A stretch of 64,000 nucleotides of DNA from Candidatus Omnitrophota bacterium (GTDB taxonomy: Bacteria; Omnitrophota; Gorgyraeia; 2-01-FULL-45-10), in contig JBAZUO010000006.1 in the NCBI GenBank assembly GCA_041661345.1, positions 3,410 to 67,409 of the forward strand. The letters run 5' to 3'. Every line of letters starts with the position of its first letter. The first letter of the stretch is position 1. Positions 33,794-43,379 of this stretch are shown here, piece after piece. The notes beneath the pieces were generated by a model. The model ran no database searches. It saw only the letters and a list, made by a program, of their open reading frames with translations, and was not told where the DNA came from. Both the position numbers and the translations under genes were made by a program.

Positions 33794-35601
33794 TAGGAAG
33801 CCTCTCTATACGCATCTTTGATTCTCTTGTACAGTAAATGCGCACCGTAAGCAAAAAATATGATAAATATCGGAATAAGCATCCCTCTTCTCCTTGTATT
33901 TGTAACCAACACAATCCCGTATATTGATGATAAGAAAACGGCAATCGCTATAAAAAATAGATTAACCAACCTGGCCCTCTTATCTTTAAGGGCAAAGAAT
34001 ATTCCTGTGAAGATACCGATATATTCAAAGAATTGCACCCACAGAGGATATCTGAAGAAGTATCCGCTCGATGGATTTACGAGGTACACCGGATCGAACA
34101 CTCCGAAATTGGGCTGCAGAAAATAGATGGTTATTCTCTTGAAAAAACCTACCGCAAGTAATTTCAGTACAGATACCGGCCATGCCATAAATACCGCAAT
34201 TGCTTTAGAGGCATCTCTAAATGGGTTAAAGCCCATTGCGTCCAGGACTCTATTTTCTTCTATACCGCAAAAATTTCCGCAAAAAGATCTCGCTAGGCTC
34301 GTTGAGTGTGCCAGTTGAAATTCCCCATACTTCACGAAATTTACGATATGTTCGATGGAGCACAGGGCTGCAAATCCGGCAAAAAGAGACAGCGCAATCA
34401 TCGGAAGGCTTGATTTTTTTATCTTGCCCCTCATAAAAACACCAATCAAAAATGCCAGTATGAAAGGGATCAGCAAAAGCTCTGAACGCGCATTGTTGGC
34501 AAGGCCAAAAACCGCGCCTACAATAAAAGCTTTCTTGTAATCAAAATTTTCCGCAAGTAAAAGATATGAGGCTACCATAATGGCCATCGTGAAAAGCGGT
34601 ATATAGAGCGCCTCCAGTCCGATTACCGCCGACAGAAATATGAGAGTTTGGTTCAAGGCAACCATCATCGCTGCCACTATAGAAACGAATCGTATATTGA
34701 ATACCCTTTTTGCGATAAAATAGACTAAGATCGGCACGGTCGCGCCGAGCATCGATTGAATAATAATAGCGGCCTTAAAATTATGCAACCCGAATACCTT
34801 ATAAATTTCCGCCAGGAAGTACCAGTATCCGAAACCGTTCCAGTAGAATGTATCTTCTTTTGACATGAGGCCGCCCTGCGCGATCGTAGCCGCAAACGGA
34901 TCGTAGTTCAGGCCGTCATCGCTCGCGAATAAGAACCTGTCGCCTGTCAACTGCAGAAGCCTGAACCCCCAGAATATTCTTATGGCCAACGCGATTATAA
35001 AAATCAGCAGCAGGAATGTCTTTTCATCTTTGATAATTTTTCCTACCCGTAACGATAAGATTTTGAAAACTTCCGTCGGTTTTTCGAAAAAGAACGTTGA
35101 TAGGAAAAGCATGGCAAAAAATACCGCATATTTCATAAAGCCGCCGGCCCATAACATCGATTCTATCGCAAAAAAATAGATATAGACCGGGAGGTGCAGA
35201 ATGATGTCGCTTTTTATAAATTTTCTTCTGCCCGCCCCTATGGATAACGCATAAACGGATAAGACGGATATGCAGTAAGAATAAGCGTAAATTTTATATA
35301 CGCCCCTGTTGCCCTTATAAGGACCCCACGTGGAAATTCCTATGAATAATTCCGTTAATAGATATAAAAGCGGTAATATTATCACCATGCCGAGTATAAT
35401 ATGTGACTTATTTCTGCCGCCCTCCCTGTCGAAATACTTATAAATAAAAATAAATGCCGCCGCAATGATTACATATAAAAACGGATACGATATTATTATG
35501 TTAGTGCCGAACAGGCCTTTTAAATAAAAGACATTATCGATGTACCGCAAATAGCACAGGGAGAGTAACGAATAAACGAAGACGATGCTGAATTTAATCA
35601 T
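33793..35601 (-). CDS. Large polytopic membrane protein, GT-C-like glycosyltransferase
   Basis: 602 aa, roughly 14 or more hydrophobic helices. Acidic loop motif FASDDGLNYDPFAATIAQGG after the first helix bundle. Adjacent to a Dpm1-type synthase gene. Confidence 0.5.
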   Translation of the reverse strand: MIKFSIVFVYSLLSLCYLRYIDNVFYLKGLFGTNIIISYPFLYVIIAAAFIFIYKYFDREGGRNKSHIILGMVIILPLLYLLTELFIGISTWGPYKGNRGVYKIYAYSYCISVLSVYALSIGAGRRKFIKSDIILHLPVYIYFFAIESMLWAGGFMKYAVFFAMLFLSTFFFEKPTEVFKILSLRVGKIIKDEKTFLLLIFIIALAIRIFWGFRLLQLTGDRFLFASDDGLNYDPFAATIAQGGLMSKEDTFYWNGFGYWYFLAEIYKVFGLHNFKAAIIIQSMLGATVPILVYFIAKRVFNIRFVSIVAAMMVALNQTLIFLSAVIGLEALYIPLFTMAIMVASYLLLAENFDYKKAFIVGAVFGLANNARSELLLIPFILAFLIGVFMRGKIKKSSLPMIALSLFAGFAALCSIEHIVNFVKYGEFQLAHSTSLARSFCGNFCGIEENRVLDAMGFNPFRDASKAIAVFMAWPVSVLKLLAVGFFKRITIYFLQPNFGVFDPVYLVNPSSGYFFRYPLWVQFFEYIGIFTGIFFALKDKRARLVNLFFIAIAVFLSSIYGIVLVTNTRRRGMLIPIFIIFFAYGAHLLYKRIKDAYREAS

Positions 35602-35610
35602 AGGTTCGCC

Positions 35611-36966
35611 TTAGCTTTTACAATAAGCCGCAATATACGGGAATATCCCTATACAAAATATTTTTTTTACGCGCATATCTTTAAAACCGGCTTTCCTCAA
35701 CGAATCCGAAAGACTTTCAATAGAATAAAACAATTCGTCCTCTCTCAAAAAATAGCGCTTAAAATTTCTCCCGAACAATGAGCTGATCATTCCTAACATA
35801 TAGAACGCAATTCCCTTGGCGGGCACAATGCAGATAATTTCATTTCCCACTCTCCGCATTTCTTTAAAGATCGGGGCAGGGTCCGTAAAATGCTCCATGG
35901 TACCGCTGTTCCAGACCATATCGAATGCCTTGTCTTGAAACGGCAGACGGTAAAGATCTCCTCTTACCAATTTTATCTTTGTGCCATATTTATCGGCACA
36001 TTGCCTTGCCTTTATCAGCGCCCCGCTTGATATATCTAAAGCGGTTATATCATCGCCTCTTCTTTTAGCCAAAAATATGGAGCTTAAGGCCGAGCCCGAT
36101 CCTGCTTCCAATACCTTACCTTTACTGCCAAAGGTAATCGCGAACTCGGTAAATATATTAACCCAAAATTTTTCCCTTAACTTGAAGAGCGCCTTACCCA
36201 AAAACGTGTTATCTTCTTTGCTATGCCAGTAGTCCTCCCAATGAATGTCTTCTGCGGGAGGTTTTTTACCCGCTAGCCGTATTTTAAGCACCGTCATCAG
36301 ATACTTATTCCCCATCTTCAATATAGACAATTTTGATACGCCGCTTTCTCTTCCATACCATTTAACCGGAACTGATATCTTGGTAAAACCGCGCATATAG
36401 GCCTTCAGGGGGAGTTCCGCTGTTATGTTGAAATGGTCGCTCTCGAGCGGCCAGAGTTGTTTAATAACCTCCATCTTGTATCCTTTGAAAGCGTTCGTAA
36501 TATCGTTCTCATTTATCCAAAAGAGAGACATAATAAAATAGTTAGCCATTCTATTTATAATAAATTTTAGCGGCGGGTAATTATGAATTTCAGAGCCGCG
36601 GATAAAGCGGTTGCCATAAACAACATCGTAACCTTCTTCGAGTTTCCTGAATATTTTAACAACATCTTCAGGACAATCCGATTTATCGGCCATAACTATG
36701 ATCGCGCAGTCACCGCTTGCAGACGCGAGACCGTCTTTTATGGCTTTACCGAATCCATTGCCCCCTACCCTGCGCACAAATTTAACGTCTTTATGTTCTT
36801 TTGTCAGGCGATCGGTAATCGTACCCGTATTGTCTTTCGAGTTATCATCGACCACGACAATTTCGAATTCTATCCCTGCCTTTACCAGCTCAGTTCTCAG
36901 CTCGTTGACCACAGGATAGATATGGTCTTCCTCGTTATGCGCCGGTATTATTACTGAAAGTTTCAT
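35611..36966 (-). CDS. Fusion protein: Dpm1-type GT2 polyprenyl-phosphate glycosyltransferase + C-terminal class I SAM methyltransferase
   Basis: GT2 motifs: LSVIIPAHNEE, VVVDDNSKDNTG, VMADKSD. MT motifs: VLEAGSGSALSSIFLA, FDMVWNSGTMEHF. The start is either ATG 36990 (track) or ATG 36966 (MKLSVII, 1 nt after the upstream stop). Confidence 0.85.
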   Translation of the reverse strand: MKLSVIIPAHNEEDHIYPVVNELRTELVKAGIEFEIVVVDDNSKDNTGTITDRLTKEHKDVKFVRRVGGNGFGKAIKDGLASASGDCAIIVMADKSDCPEDVVKIFRKLEEGYDVVYGNRFIRGSEIHNYPPLKFIINRMANYFIMSLFWINENDITNAFKGYKMEVIKQLWPLESDHFNITAELPLKAYMRGFTKISVPVKWYGRESGVSKLSILKMGNKYLMTVLKIRLAGKKPPAEDIHWEDYWHSKEDNTFLGKALFKLREKFWVNIFTEFAITFGSKGKVLEAGSGSALSSIFLAKRRGDDITALDISSGALIKARQCADKYGTKIKLVRGDLYRLPFQDKAFDMVWNSGTMEHFTDPAPIFKEMRRVGNEIICIVPAKGIAFYMLGMISSLFGRNFKRYFLREDELFYSIESLSDSLRKAGFKDMRVKKIFCIGIFPYIAAYCKS

Positions 36967-36967
36967 C

Positions 36968-38044
36968 TCACACCCTGCATCTTTCGACAACGTTTATATA
37001 ATATTCAGGAGCTAAAACAGCTAAAGAATATTTACGCATGACCTTCTCCCTTCCGATCCTCCCCATCGCTTTTCGCTTATCCGGATCGTCTATCAGGATA
37101 GCGATTTTCCGTATCCACTCATCTTTTTCATCGGCAAGATAACCGCTCACACCTTCCTCTACAATCTCAGTATTTACGCCTACCGGCGAAACAACAACGG
37201 GTATGCCGCAGGCCATATAAAGAAGCGCCTTGTAGCCGCACTTGCCCTTCGTCCACTCATTGTCGGGCATGGGCATTATGCCTATATCAAAACTCTGTAT
37301 ATCCCGCGGTTCATTCGCTAAAGACCACTTCACGTTAACGACATTTTTCAGCCGGTCGCTGTAAAATGTTGCGCCGACTATTTTAAATACCACATTGTTA
37401 TACCGTCTTGCCAATGCCACAAACACATCTTCGATATCGTACAGGAACGCTTTTGTTGTATTGCTTCCGATCCACCCTATAACAATCTCAGCGCCATGCC
37501 GCGACTCCGTACTTGGCTTATATGTATCGGTATCAACGGAGCTCGGGATAACAAACGTGTTTTTATTGAAGCGCTCGGCATATTCTCCGAGATAACTGTT
37601 ACCTACGATAACAAGCCTGCTCATATTTATAATCTTCGCAATTTTGGAAGGCCTTTTAAATTTTTCTATACGTATATTCTGCCTGCTCGTGTTAGGCAAA
37701 AAAATGGCATCATCAAAATCAAATACTATCGTTTTGCCCGTCCATGATAATACGGTTTCGATGAATGGCCCGCCGAGAGGGTACGCCTCCCTGTGTATGA
37801 AAACAACATCATAGTAAAAGGCTCTGATCATATCGAGTAATCTATTTAACGTACATATAACAAACCAGAATCCCTTTTCAAAAATTTTACCCGGGCTATA
37901 TAATATCCTGTAAAATGGCGTATTCATAAACGGCCTGACCTTGCAGGAAATTCCCCTTGATTCAAGATAGGGTATAAATTGCTCAACCCTTATTCTATTC
38001 GAAGCTCCCTCAGTAGGATATGGCACCAAAAACAGTATCTTCAT
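36968..38044 (-). CDS. GT4-family glycosyltransferase
   Basis: 358 aa. MKILFLVPYPTEGASNRIRVEQ at the N-terminus. C-terminal GT-B motif GYKALLYMACGIPVVVSPVGVNTEIVEEGVSGYL. Confidence 0.85.
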   Translation of the reverse strand: MKILFLVPYPTEGASNRIRVEQFIPYLESRGISCKVRPFMNTPFYRILYSPGKIFEKGFWFVICTLNRLLDMIRAFYYDVVFIHREAYPLGGPFIETVLSWTGKTIVFDFDDAIFLPNTSRQNIRIEKFKRPSKIAKIINMSRLVIVGNSYLGEYAERFNKNTFVIPSSVDTDTYKPSTESRHGAEIVIGWIGSNTTKAFLYDIEDVFVALARRYNNVVFKIVGATFYSDRLKNVVNVKWSLANEPRDIQSFDIGIMPMPDNEWTKGKCGYKALLYMACGIPVVVSPVGVNTEIVEEGVSGYLADEKDEWIRKIAILIDDPDKRKAMGRIGREKVMRKYSLAVLAPEYYINVVERCRV

Positions 38045-38048
38045 CGGT

Positions 38049-39290
38049 TTAGCTCAATTCCTCGTATATTTTTTTGTACTTGCTTATACCGTCTTCGAGA
38101 GAGAGGCACCGTCTCGCAGCATCTCTACATCTATCTCTCAGCTCATCGCCTGTTTTTTTAAGGTCCAGTATATCGCGGACAGCCTCTTTGTAATGGTTTC
38201 CCTGAAAATGCGCCACAAGGATACCGATCCGCTCGCGCTTTACTATATCCTCCGTGTCTCCGACGCCGGGATTGGTGATAACAGGCACTCCGCATGCCAG
38301 GAATTCGCCCATCTTTATCGGCGACGAACCCATTTTATTGTATGAATTTATGAAAAATATTCCCGCATCCGCGATCTGTAAATATTTTGGCATATCTTCA
38401 AACTTCAGGCCTACGACCACTCTGATATTATCTTTATCGATGCCTCTGGATAACGCTTTTTCATACAGCTCGGGGGCCTCATATGGCGTCAAGATAACGA
38501 AGATCGCGTCAGGTACTGTCTTGAGCAGTTCCCCAAAGAAATCGAGCATACGCTCCATAAAATAGAATGTACCAATCTTACCCAAATACATTAATATGAA
38601 TTTATTTTCTAGCCCCAGCGTTTTTTTAAAATCGGCAGCTTCTTTAATATCAAAATTGAATTTATTTATATCAACACAGCATGGGATTATTTCCATAACA
38701 GTGCCTTTATCTTTTAAATACGGCAATTTTTTATTATATTCCAGGTGCCTCTTGGTAAGGACCGTTACTGCGTCGGCTGACCTGAGAAGCCTGGCTTCCG
38801 CGAATTTCACCAATTTATACTGCAGACTGCCCTCGCTCCATAATCCTCCGGCCGCCATCTCTTCCGCCAGCCTTCCGCGCATATCAAATAAAACCTTCAC
38901 CTTGAAAAACTTCGACAAAACTATCATAATGCTTCCCGGCGTGATCCCGCGCACATGGACTATTTTAATTTTCTTTGCAGGAATAAGGTACAGGCAATAT
39001 ATGATGCCTGTAAATATGTCAAATAGGGTTGAGATAAGACGCGGATTCTTATGGTATCTCAAATATATCCATTCTATCCCATGCGATTTTAATTCTTCCC
39101 GAATATGCGCTATCCGCGCCTTCTCCGTCTTCTCGATATCTCTTTTTTTCTCATAAGTAACTAAAATAAATTCGTAGCCCTCTTTTGCCAGGCCTTTCAA
39201 GTAAGGTATCGCCTGGGACGAGAGTATCGGCTCAAGAAGGCCGTTATAAGACAAAAATAGGACCTTTATATTGCTATCGTTCGGTATCAT
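38049..39290 (-). CDS. GT4-family glycosyltransferase
   Basis: 413 aa. C-terminal motif SSPIKMGEFLACGVPVITNPGVGDTEDIV and a typical two-Rossmann layout. Confidence 0.85.
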   Translation of the reverse strand: MIPNDSNIKVLFLSYNGLLEPILSSQAIPYLKGLAKEGYEFILVTYEKKRDIEKTEKARIAHIREELKSHGIEWIYLRYHKNPRLISTLFDIFTGIIYCLYLIPAKKIKIVHVRGITPGSIMIVLSKFFKVKVLFDMRGRLAEEMAAGGLWSEGSLQYKLVKFAEARLLRSADAVTVLTKRHLEYNKKLPYLKDKGTVMEIIPCCVDINKFNFDIKEAADFKKTLGLENKFILMYLGKIGTFYFMERMLDFFGELLKTVPDAIFVILTPYEAPELYEKALSRGIDKDNIRVVVGLKFEDMPKYLQIADAGIFFINSYNKMGSSPIKMGEFLACGVPVITNPGVGDTEDIVKRERIGILVAHFQGNHYKEAVRDILDLKKTGDELRDRCRDAARRCLSLEDGISKYKKIYEELS

Positions 39291-40530
39291 TTTTCCCCAA
39301 AAACTGCATAATTCCTTTAGCGGCGAATATGAAGACTAGCGGCGCAAAATAATCCCTGTGCCTGAAGGCTGCTCCGATATTCGCTTCGGCAATAGAAAAG
39401 AAAGAAATGCCTATAAAAACAAAGGTCAGTATATACATTGTCCTGTTAAACGACAACTTGAACCCTTCCCGAAAGCCAAGAATCGAAAACAACAGAAGGG
39501 AAATCCACAACATGGTCTGCTGGCACGCTATGAGTTGACTCATTCTCGTAATTCTCCACGGAAAAGGCGAAAATAGGAAATATGCCAGCCCTGTAAAATA
39601 AGCCTTGATAAAACCGGCTATGTCCAGGGTCCCTGCCCTGATTGCATGCAAAAACTTACAATCATATATTCGATAACCTGCCGAATCAGACAAATATAGG
39701 GCGGAATTATTCACAATGATCAAGCGGATCTGTTTTAAAATCACAGGCCAAAATTGATTGTACAGGACTATGATAAAGGCTGCCAGAATAATCGACGATA
39801 AGATGATCCATTCTTTTTTCTTAAGGCTGGCAAGTAACCTGTAAATAACGGAACATACGATCGCCCCTATCGCCGCGTAGAAACATATCTTCTGAAGATC
39901 TTTTAATAAATATATCGAAAAGGCAATGAGACACAATCTTAAAATTTTTGATCTGCTATTCTTCAGCCCGGATATAAGATAAGCGCAAAATGTTATTAAA
40001 AAAATGACGAGCGGATCCCGCAGATTGCAGATAGACCAGTATACGATCGATGGATAAAAACTGGCCAGTAAAAACGGTATCTTTGCAATTTTCGGGGAAA
40101 ATATATTTTTAGCCGTAAAATATAAGAATAGAGGCGTGAAACTGCCTATAAGGCAGTTTATCAGCTTAGACGACAGATAGTTGCAGTTGAAAAAGCGGTA
40201 ATATAAAGCCAGCAGATACGTAAAGGGGTTTATGCCGTAATCAGCGCCACCCATATCAAACATAGGGTTATATGGCTTATTCTGCCATATTAAGGCTATC
40301 TTTAGCGCCTTCATGCTATACAGTCTGTCGTCACCCAGAACAAAACCTTTAAAACCATCAAGATAGGACTGCCAGTGGAGCAAATACATAAAAATAACAC
40401 GAAGAAGAAAGGCTGTTATGATGACAGCTGCTAAAAATTTCTTTTCTTCCTTTGGGCCGTACATTAGCAGCAGCGTTATAAAAACAGAGAACAGTAAAAA
40501 TATGAACGATGCGCCAAATTCTATCTGCAT
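39274..40530 (-). CDS. Polytopic membrane protein: Wzy-like polymerase or GT-C-like glycosyltransferase (ambiguous)
   Basis: 418 aa, about 11-12 TM helices. Early loop motif VLGDDRLYSMKALK. It sits between a membrane-anchored GT2 and GT4 genes, two genes from the Wzx-like flippase. Confidence 0.45.
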   Translation of the reverse strand: MQIEFGASFIFLLFSVFITLLLMYGPKEEKKFLAAVIITAFLLRVIFMYLLHWQSYLDGFKGFVLGDDRLYSMKALKIALIWQNKPYNPMFDMGGADYGINPFTYLLALYYRFFNCNYLSSKLINCLIGSFTPLFLYFTAKNIFSPKIAKIPFLLASFYPSIVYWSICNLRDPLVIFLITFCAYLISGLKNSRSKILRLCLIAFSIYLLKDLQKICFYAAIGAIVCSVIYRLLASLKKKEWIILSSIILAAFIIVLYNQFWPVILKQIRLIIVNNSALYLSDSAGYRIYDCKFLHAIRAGTLDIAGFIKAYFTGLAYFLFSPFPWRITRMSQLIACQQTMLWISLLLFSILGFREGFKLSFNRTMYILTFVFIGISFFSIAEANIGAAFRHRDYFAPLVFIFAAKGIMQFLGKNDTER

Positions 40531-40533
40531 AAC

Positions 40534-41505
40534 CTATTCTTTCCCGAACAATTTATGTTTAAAATAATCCACGATGCCGCAAAACATGGCAATATCTATC
40601 CACACCATTATCGCGGTTACAAGAGTCACCCCTCTTATGCTTAATTTATCAGATAGCGAAGCATCTTTCCTTCTTTCAAATATCAATCCCAGGGCCCTTG
40701 AGGCCAATCCTACCAATAGTAGAATAAACCATAATGGTGAATTAAACACGCCTAACAAAGCAATGATCAAACCAAAGGCATACATCACCAATACAGATTG
40801 ATGCCAATCCCGCCACCTTCCTGCCTTTATATCATGCATCGAATAAAGAAAAAACCTTTTGAATACTGCTGAAAAATTGGAAGGTATATCCCATAGCACC
40901 GTTGCTTCGGGCGCGTATGCGGTCTTGAATCTCCCTTTTTTAATTTTTTCCATAAATATGCGGTCTTCGGCGGCTCGAAAATCAGGAAAGCCGCCTACGG
41001 ATTCCCAAACCTTTTTTCTCATGAGGCTGGACGCGATAAAGTGCGAACGCATCTTCTTCCCGTTTATCAATTTTGGCGCAGGTACAAAAGCAACCGCCAA
41101 ACACTCTTTAAAGAACGAATCCGTTACCGGCTCATAATTTCCATAAACGACATCGACGCCATTGTCCTCTTCCACGCATCTATACAAATATTTAAGCCAA
41201 TTTTTATCAAGCTTTATCCCGGCATCCGTCATAGCTATCATATCGTATTTTGCATTTTTTATGGCTATGTTCCTGGCCTTGCCTGGATACGAGTCATTCG
41301 CTTTTATAAGCTGTATGGGCATGCCCTTCCTTTTATATGACTCTATGATCTCATCAGTCCCGTCGATAGAGCCACCATCGGTTATCACGACCTCATCAGG
41401 TGTAAGGCTCTGCCCGATTACTGAATCCAGAAGCTTCGCTATAGAATCCTCCTCGTTCTTCACGGGTATTATTAACGATATCCTATCCGGCATGGTTGGC
41501 CCCAA
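40534..41505 (-). CDS. GT2-family glycosyltransferase with C-terminal TM helices
   Basis: 323 aa. Motifs ISLIIPVKNEEDSIAKLLDSVIGQSL, VVITDGGSIDGT and AMTDAG. C-terminal TM helices: VLVMYAFGLIIALLGVF..., VTLVTAIMVWIDIAMFCGIV. Confidence 0.85.
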   Translation of the reverse strand: MGPTMPDRISLIIPVKNEEDSIAKLLDSVIGQSLTPDEVVITDGGSIDGTDEIIESYKRKGMPIQLIKANDSYPGKARNIAIKNAKYDMIAMTDAGIKLDKNWLKYLYRCVEEDNGVDVVYGNYEPVTDSFFKECLAVAFVPAPKLINGKKMRSHFIASSLMRKKVWESVGGFPDFRAAEDRIFMEKIKKGRFKTAYAPEATVLWDIPSNFSAVFKRFFLYSMHDIKAGRWRDWHQSVLVMYAFGLIIALLGVFNSPLWFILLLVGLASRALGLIFERRKDASLSDKLSIRGVTLVTAIMVWIDIAMFCGIVDYFKHKLFGKE

Positions 41506-42982
41506 ATATCAGTTTCAACCTTGATTTAGCAATATCAACGATCTTGTTCTTCTCCGAACCCGTCGCCATAATATACAGCCAAAACGCTAATAATATCAAT
41601 TTGAAAATGGATGTTAAAATATCGTCGCTTCCGATAAATACAATGGCTCCCGCAACGACAATTCCGGAAAGGATGAGCATCGCGTTCCTTGCATAAAGCC
41701 TGAAATCCATCTTTTTAATATGATAATAAAGAAGCGCTGAAAACTGGACAAGATTCGCAGCCAGGTATGATGTCGTGATCGCCTTAAGGCCAAGCGGCTT
41801 TAACAACAAAATAAAAAATCCTATATAGCACACCGTATATAAGAGGTTAAAACCCAAGTAGCTCCTCAGTTTTGCGCTTGCCAATAGTGACGTTCCCATA
41901 ATATAAGACAGGATATAGAAAAAATCACCGGAGAGCTCCGTGGCAAAGAGTTCGCTCGAGGCGGTAAATTTCGCCGAGAATAACATATGAATAATCGCAT
42001 GCCTGAATAAAAATAATCCCGCGATCGACACCACTACCCCGAAAGCACAGAAACGAAACGCGTTATTTATTTCACGCGCATACTCGCCCTTTTCCTTGAT
42101 CGAGCTTATCTTCGGATAAAAATACGACCATAGGCCATTGGTAAAAAATGTCAGGTAGTATGCGGACAAGGCAAAGACGACCTGATAATAACCGCTTGCT
42201 TCCACGCCGATGTTCTTTATTACCAGGGATCTTAAGAAAACTATATTGGCCATCGTAAGAATTCCGGCGCCAAAAGACGCCCCGCCGTACGACAGGAGGT
42301 CCTTGCCGAACTTCCTGAAATTATCCCTTATCGATACAAAGTTTTTTACGCTGAATATTTCTTTAAGTAAATTTTTTGGCAGGCTTTTATCGAGAAGGTA
42401 CAGGTAAACAGAGAAGGTTAAAATGCCGTTTACCGCAAGGTATATGAAGCCTCCGTTTATATTCATTAAGGATATGAAGATGAAAAGCGGTATGAGAGAT
42501 AAAACGCTGGAAAAACTCCTCGCCTTTGTAAATGCCTTATAATTACCAAAACCAAAAAGTACCGATTCTCCTGTAGATGCAATCACAAAAAACGGAATTC
42601 CGACTGTCGCTATAAATATAAAGAACCCGTAGCCTTCACGCGAAAATAGCAATTTTGAAAACATGCCGGAAAATAATAACGTTAACAGCATCAGCGCAAA
42701 CGACGCTATCACCTGCATCCAGAAAGCGCATGATATGAGTCCGCTTGTTTTGGAAATATCATTATCGGTATTATACTTCGAGACGTATTTCGTCACTCCC
42801 AAGCCTATACTTAAAGATGATATCGTAATTATGAGCTGTTGAAAATTCAGCGCCTGCGAAAATATTCCCACACCGGAAGGACCTAATGTTAGCGCCGTGA
42901 ACTTCGCCCTTACAACACCTACCAGGATGTAAGTAAGCGTCGCTATCGACGTTATCGTAGTTACTTTAAAGAGCTTTAACAT
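41483..42982 (-). CDS. wzx: Wzx-like polysaccharide flippase (MOP/PST superfamily)
   Basis: 499 aa, about 12-14 TM helices. The N-terminus ITSIATLTYILVGVVRAKFTALTLGPSGVGIFSQ is typical of O-antigen/teichuronic-type PST translocases. Confidence 0.75.
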   Translation of the reverse strand: MLKLFKVTTITSIATLTYILVGVVRAKFTALTLGPSGVGIFSQALNFQQLIITISSLSIGLGVTKYVSKYNTDNDISKTSGLISCAFWMQVIASFALMLLTLLFSGMFSKLLFSREGYGFFIFIATVGIPFFVIASTGESVLFGFGNYKAFTKARSFSSVLSLIPLFIFISLMNINGGFIYLAVNGILTFSVYLYLLDKSLPKNLLKEIFSVKNFVSIRDNFRKFGKDLLSYGGASFGAGILTMANIVFLRSLVIKNIGVEASGYYQVVFALSAYYLTFFTNGLWSYFYPKISSIKEKGEYAREINNAFRFCAFGVVVSIAGLFLFRHAIIHMLFSAKFTASSELFATELSGDFFYILSYIMGTSLLASAKLRSYLGFNLLYTVCYIGFFILLLKPLGLKAITTSYLAANLVQFSALLYYHIKKMDFRLYARNAMLILSGIVVAGAIVFIGSDDILTSIFKLILLAFWLYIMATGSEKNKIVDIAKSRLKLIFGANHAG

Positions 42983-43379
42983 ACTTTAAGAATTCCTCAT
43001 GATCCCGTATGTAGTCTGACTCCTTGTAAATATCTGAGGCAAGCACAAGTATAACGCAATCCTTTGAGAAATTATGCATCGTATGCCACACACCCGGTCT
43101 TAAGTATATTCCGACGTATGGCTTTGAAAGGGCTACCTTCTCCTTTTTATTTCCGTCATCAAGGCCAAGCTTGAACGAGCCGTTGACGCAGAAGATCGCC
43201 TGCTCCAGCTTCTTATGGGCATGCTTCCCTCTTACGGCACCCAAATGGCTTAAGTTATTGATAAAGTAGACCCTTTTAATTTTAAACGGGACTTGATTTT
43301 GGGCTTCGGCCACAACGAGATTACCGTCTACGCCGTCATCGATGAATTTTAATTCTATCTTCCTATAAAAGCTCTTCAT
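42966..43379 (-). CDS. fdtA: WxcM/FdtA-like cupin: dTDP-4-keto-6-deoxyhexose 3,4-ketoisomerase
   Basis: 137 aa. Motifs FKIKRVYFI, RGKHAHKKLEQAIFCVNGSF and PGVWHTMHNFSKDCVILVLAS. Size and motifs fit FdtA/QdtA rather than RmlC. Confidence 0.75.
   Translation of the reverse strand: MKSFYRKIELKFIDDGVDGNLVVAEAQNQVPFKIKRVYFINNLSHLGAVRGKHAHKKLEQAIFCVNGSFKLGLDDGNKKEKVALSKPYVGIYLRPGVWHTMHNFSKDCVILVLASDIYKESDYIRDHEEFLKYVKAL

Noticed and set aside
5683-39156. Long antisense ORFs as overlapping genes, e.g. 5683-6402 (239 aa), 9823-10386, 13847-14416, 21764-22327, 21859-22659 (266 aa), 23177-23683 and 38596-39156.
   Set aside because: Each lies fully inside a minus-strand gene with strong family motifs. 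Their translations are low-complexity (S/P/R/L/I-rich) and show no motif I can recognise. They are typical shadow ORFs.
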